48,154 nt of DNA from Perkinsus olseni (lineage: Eukaryota), in contig JABANN010000243.1 of assembly GCA_013115125.1 (NCBI GenBank), positions 1 through 48,154 of the forward strand, read 5' to 3'. Position 1 is the stretch's first letter. Each line of letters begins with the position of its first letter. The notes beneath the pieces are model-generated. The model was not told where the DNA came from, searched no databases, and worked only from the letters and a program-made list of their open reading frames with translations. The position numbers and the translations under genes were made by a program. Positions 46,601 to 48,154 of the stretch are shown here, piece by piece.

Positions 46601-48154
46601 GTCGGAGTTTGGCCCGCGATATCAAAAACACTAGGGCATAACAAATTTGGCATTTTACTTAGCGGAAAAACGGCACTTCGCGGGTGACAGTCCAATGGAA
46701 GCAATTGATTTATTGCTGATAAACTCTGACTCAGAACTGAGTAACTCCTGTCGGGCTCAGGTTCTACCTTAGCCTCCTTGAACAGTGGGAGGAGCTTGAG
46801 GGGACTCAGCCCAACCCGAGGCTCCCTGCGCCGATGGTGCTGCGTTTGAAGGCATTTCTCGGTTTTCTGGGATGATCCTCAGATATGCAAAGCCATCCGA
46901 TATGAGCTGGAAAGAAGGAACGCCTGCAAGTTCAGAGGGTGAGCTGTCACCCGCCAAAAACTGTCATGCGTGCCGAATAGCTATGTCCTTGACGGTTTCC
47001 CGCGGACTGCCGAGGAAGCACGAGAATTGTTTGTGATGCCACTGACGGGAAAAGAGGGTGTCGATGATGAGAATGAGGATGGTGATGAGACTTCAAAGAA
47101 GTCGGTCATCACCTCCCTGAGGGTTCGGGTCATCTTAGATGGTCTCAGACTCGTTGTTGACGACACCCTCCGTCCTGGCTGGGCGTTCCTCCTCCAAAGC
47201 GAGCTCGACGCCTGCAGGTAATTTTGGTACGGTAATTTTTTTCCTGGGTTCCGGCCAGGTCACGTCTTGAAGCGCTCACTGAGGCTGAGGCGACTGGCAC
47301 GCACAATACTGTGGAGGACTTTCAACGCCGAGCGGATGGATGGTGAGAATCATCAGCATACTTCGTCAACGTCGTGGAGTTTGAGCGGTGAAATCCCGAT
47401 CGCGTCCTTGCTGACGAGTTCCCGACGCCGTTCCTGGCGACGGTGTTATTTTTGCGCGACAGTCTAGGTTTCTCACCTGCATGATTTCAGGACGAAGGAG
47501 ATTGAGAGCCACGGCTCGGTGACGGTACTTGATGCCCTGAATAATGTTCTTGAGGGAGAAAGGACCTGTCGAGAGATCAAAGTAGCACGCGTTGAGGCAA
47601 GCGAGCATTGAACCTTTTGTGTAATCAGGTTGATGGTGTCGATACTGATGATGTGGTTGACATAATTTCCCAGGCCATTGAACATGAAGGATGTAGAGAA
47701 TGATTCATAATCCTACTTTTGAGACTCAGTGGGGGGTTGTGGCTTCTCCGATGCTTCGTAGTAAACGCAAGACGGGAAGAGGTGTAAAGTTGACGTAATC
47801 TCTCTAGCTCTGATCGGGAGGGTGGGGTATTAGAAAGCATGCGAAAGACGATCGGCGGATGATGAGTAACGGGAGTCACATTTACTGTTTAGTCTAAAAT
47901 TTAGACTTAGCAGGGAGCTGCGCTGACTCGAGTAGCATTCAGACTTTGAATGCTGCCCGCGTCACGCCTCCCCGGGATTGTCTTCACAGGAATACCGAAA
48001 TTTGGGTCCCTTATGGCGTCGATGGCAAATCTCGATCAGGTCCTTATAACTACATACCGTCTAAGAGGACCGAGGTTGAGGCGAAGACGATTGAGATGGA
48101 GAGAGAGGAGCTTCGGAAGAAGCAGGCGGAAGTGGGTATTTTACTGAGGCTAGC
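43684..48154 (+). CDS. AK7: Adenylate kinase 7 (flagellar/ciliary), 3' end beyond the window
   Basis: MRIFINNADTYVGNAL, LISSVMVWART, YVVCSGVLYGNGE, IGDGENIIPTLH|VRDLA, YVIAVDD, P-loop LIGPPASGKT and YVLDGFPRT give the AK7 architecture (NAD-binding-like N-domain plus AK domain). Confidence 0.92.
44318..44601. repeat. Tandem diverged ~120-130-bp duplication inside an AK7 intron (44318-44450, 44484-44601)
   Basis: Shared blocks tgttatca, cccgacat(g/a)agtgatactgatag, aagcctgg, gtgtgctc, atcaca and ccacac. Confidence 0.85.

Noticed and set aside
1-48154. Spliced-leader (Perkinsus/dinoflagellate CCGTAGCCAT...GGCTCAAG) gene or relic, rRNA, CRISPR array
   Set aside because: No convincing match seen by eye on either strand, and no regularly spaced repeat-spacer array.

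Overview
Intron-rich eukaryotic nuclear DNA (about 50% GC, many short GT-AG introns). The protein and intron style suggests an alveolate, probably Perkinsus-like (inference). Genes reconstructed by manual splicing: a conserved lysine-rich uncharacterised protein, an HMG-box protein, a GT34 glycosyltransferase with a tRNA-Leu(AAG) gene inside one intron, a possible helical-repeat organellar protein, three tandem signal-peptide-bearing GNAT acetyltransferases (the middle copy is frameshifted and truncated), a frameshifted lineage-specific gene with a 79-aa internal repeat, RPB11, a Spinster-like MFS transporter with unusually long introns, NAT9, a Glyoxalase_3/VOC protein and adenylate kinase 7 (runs off the window end). 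Mobile DNA: a 5'-truncated RTE-type LINE with an A-rich tail and a probable decayed gag/protease relic. The most notable unexplained signals are non-coding: a ~110-nt hairpin with a nearly invariant loop in introns of two unrelated genes 32 kb apart, a structured intergenic cassette at 5.3-5.7 kb, a duplicated snoRNA-like unit in an AK7 intron, and recurrent short tracts built from one word plus its reverse complement. All exon boundaries are read by eye and need RNA-seq confirmation.
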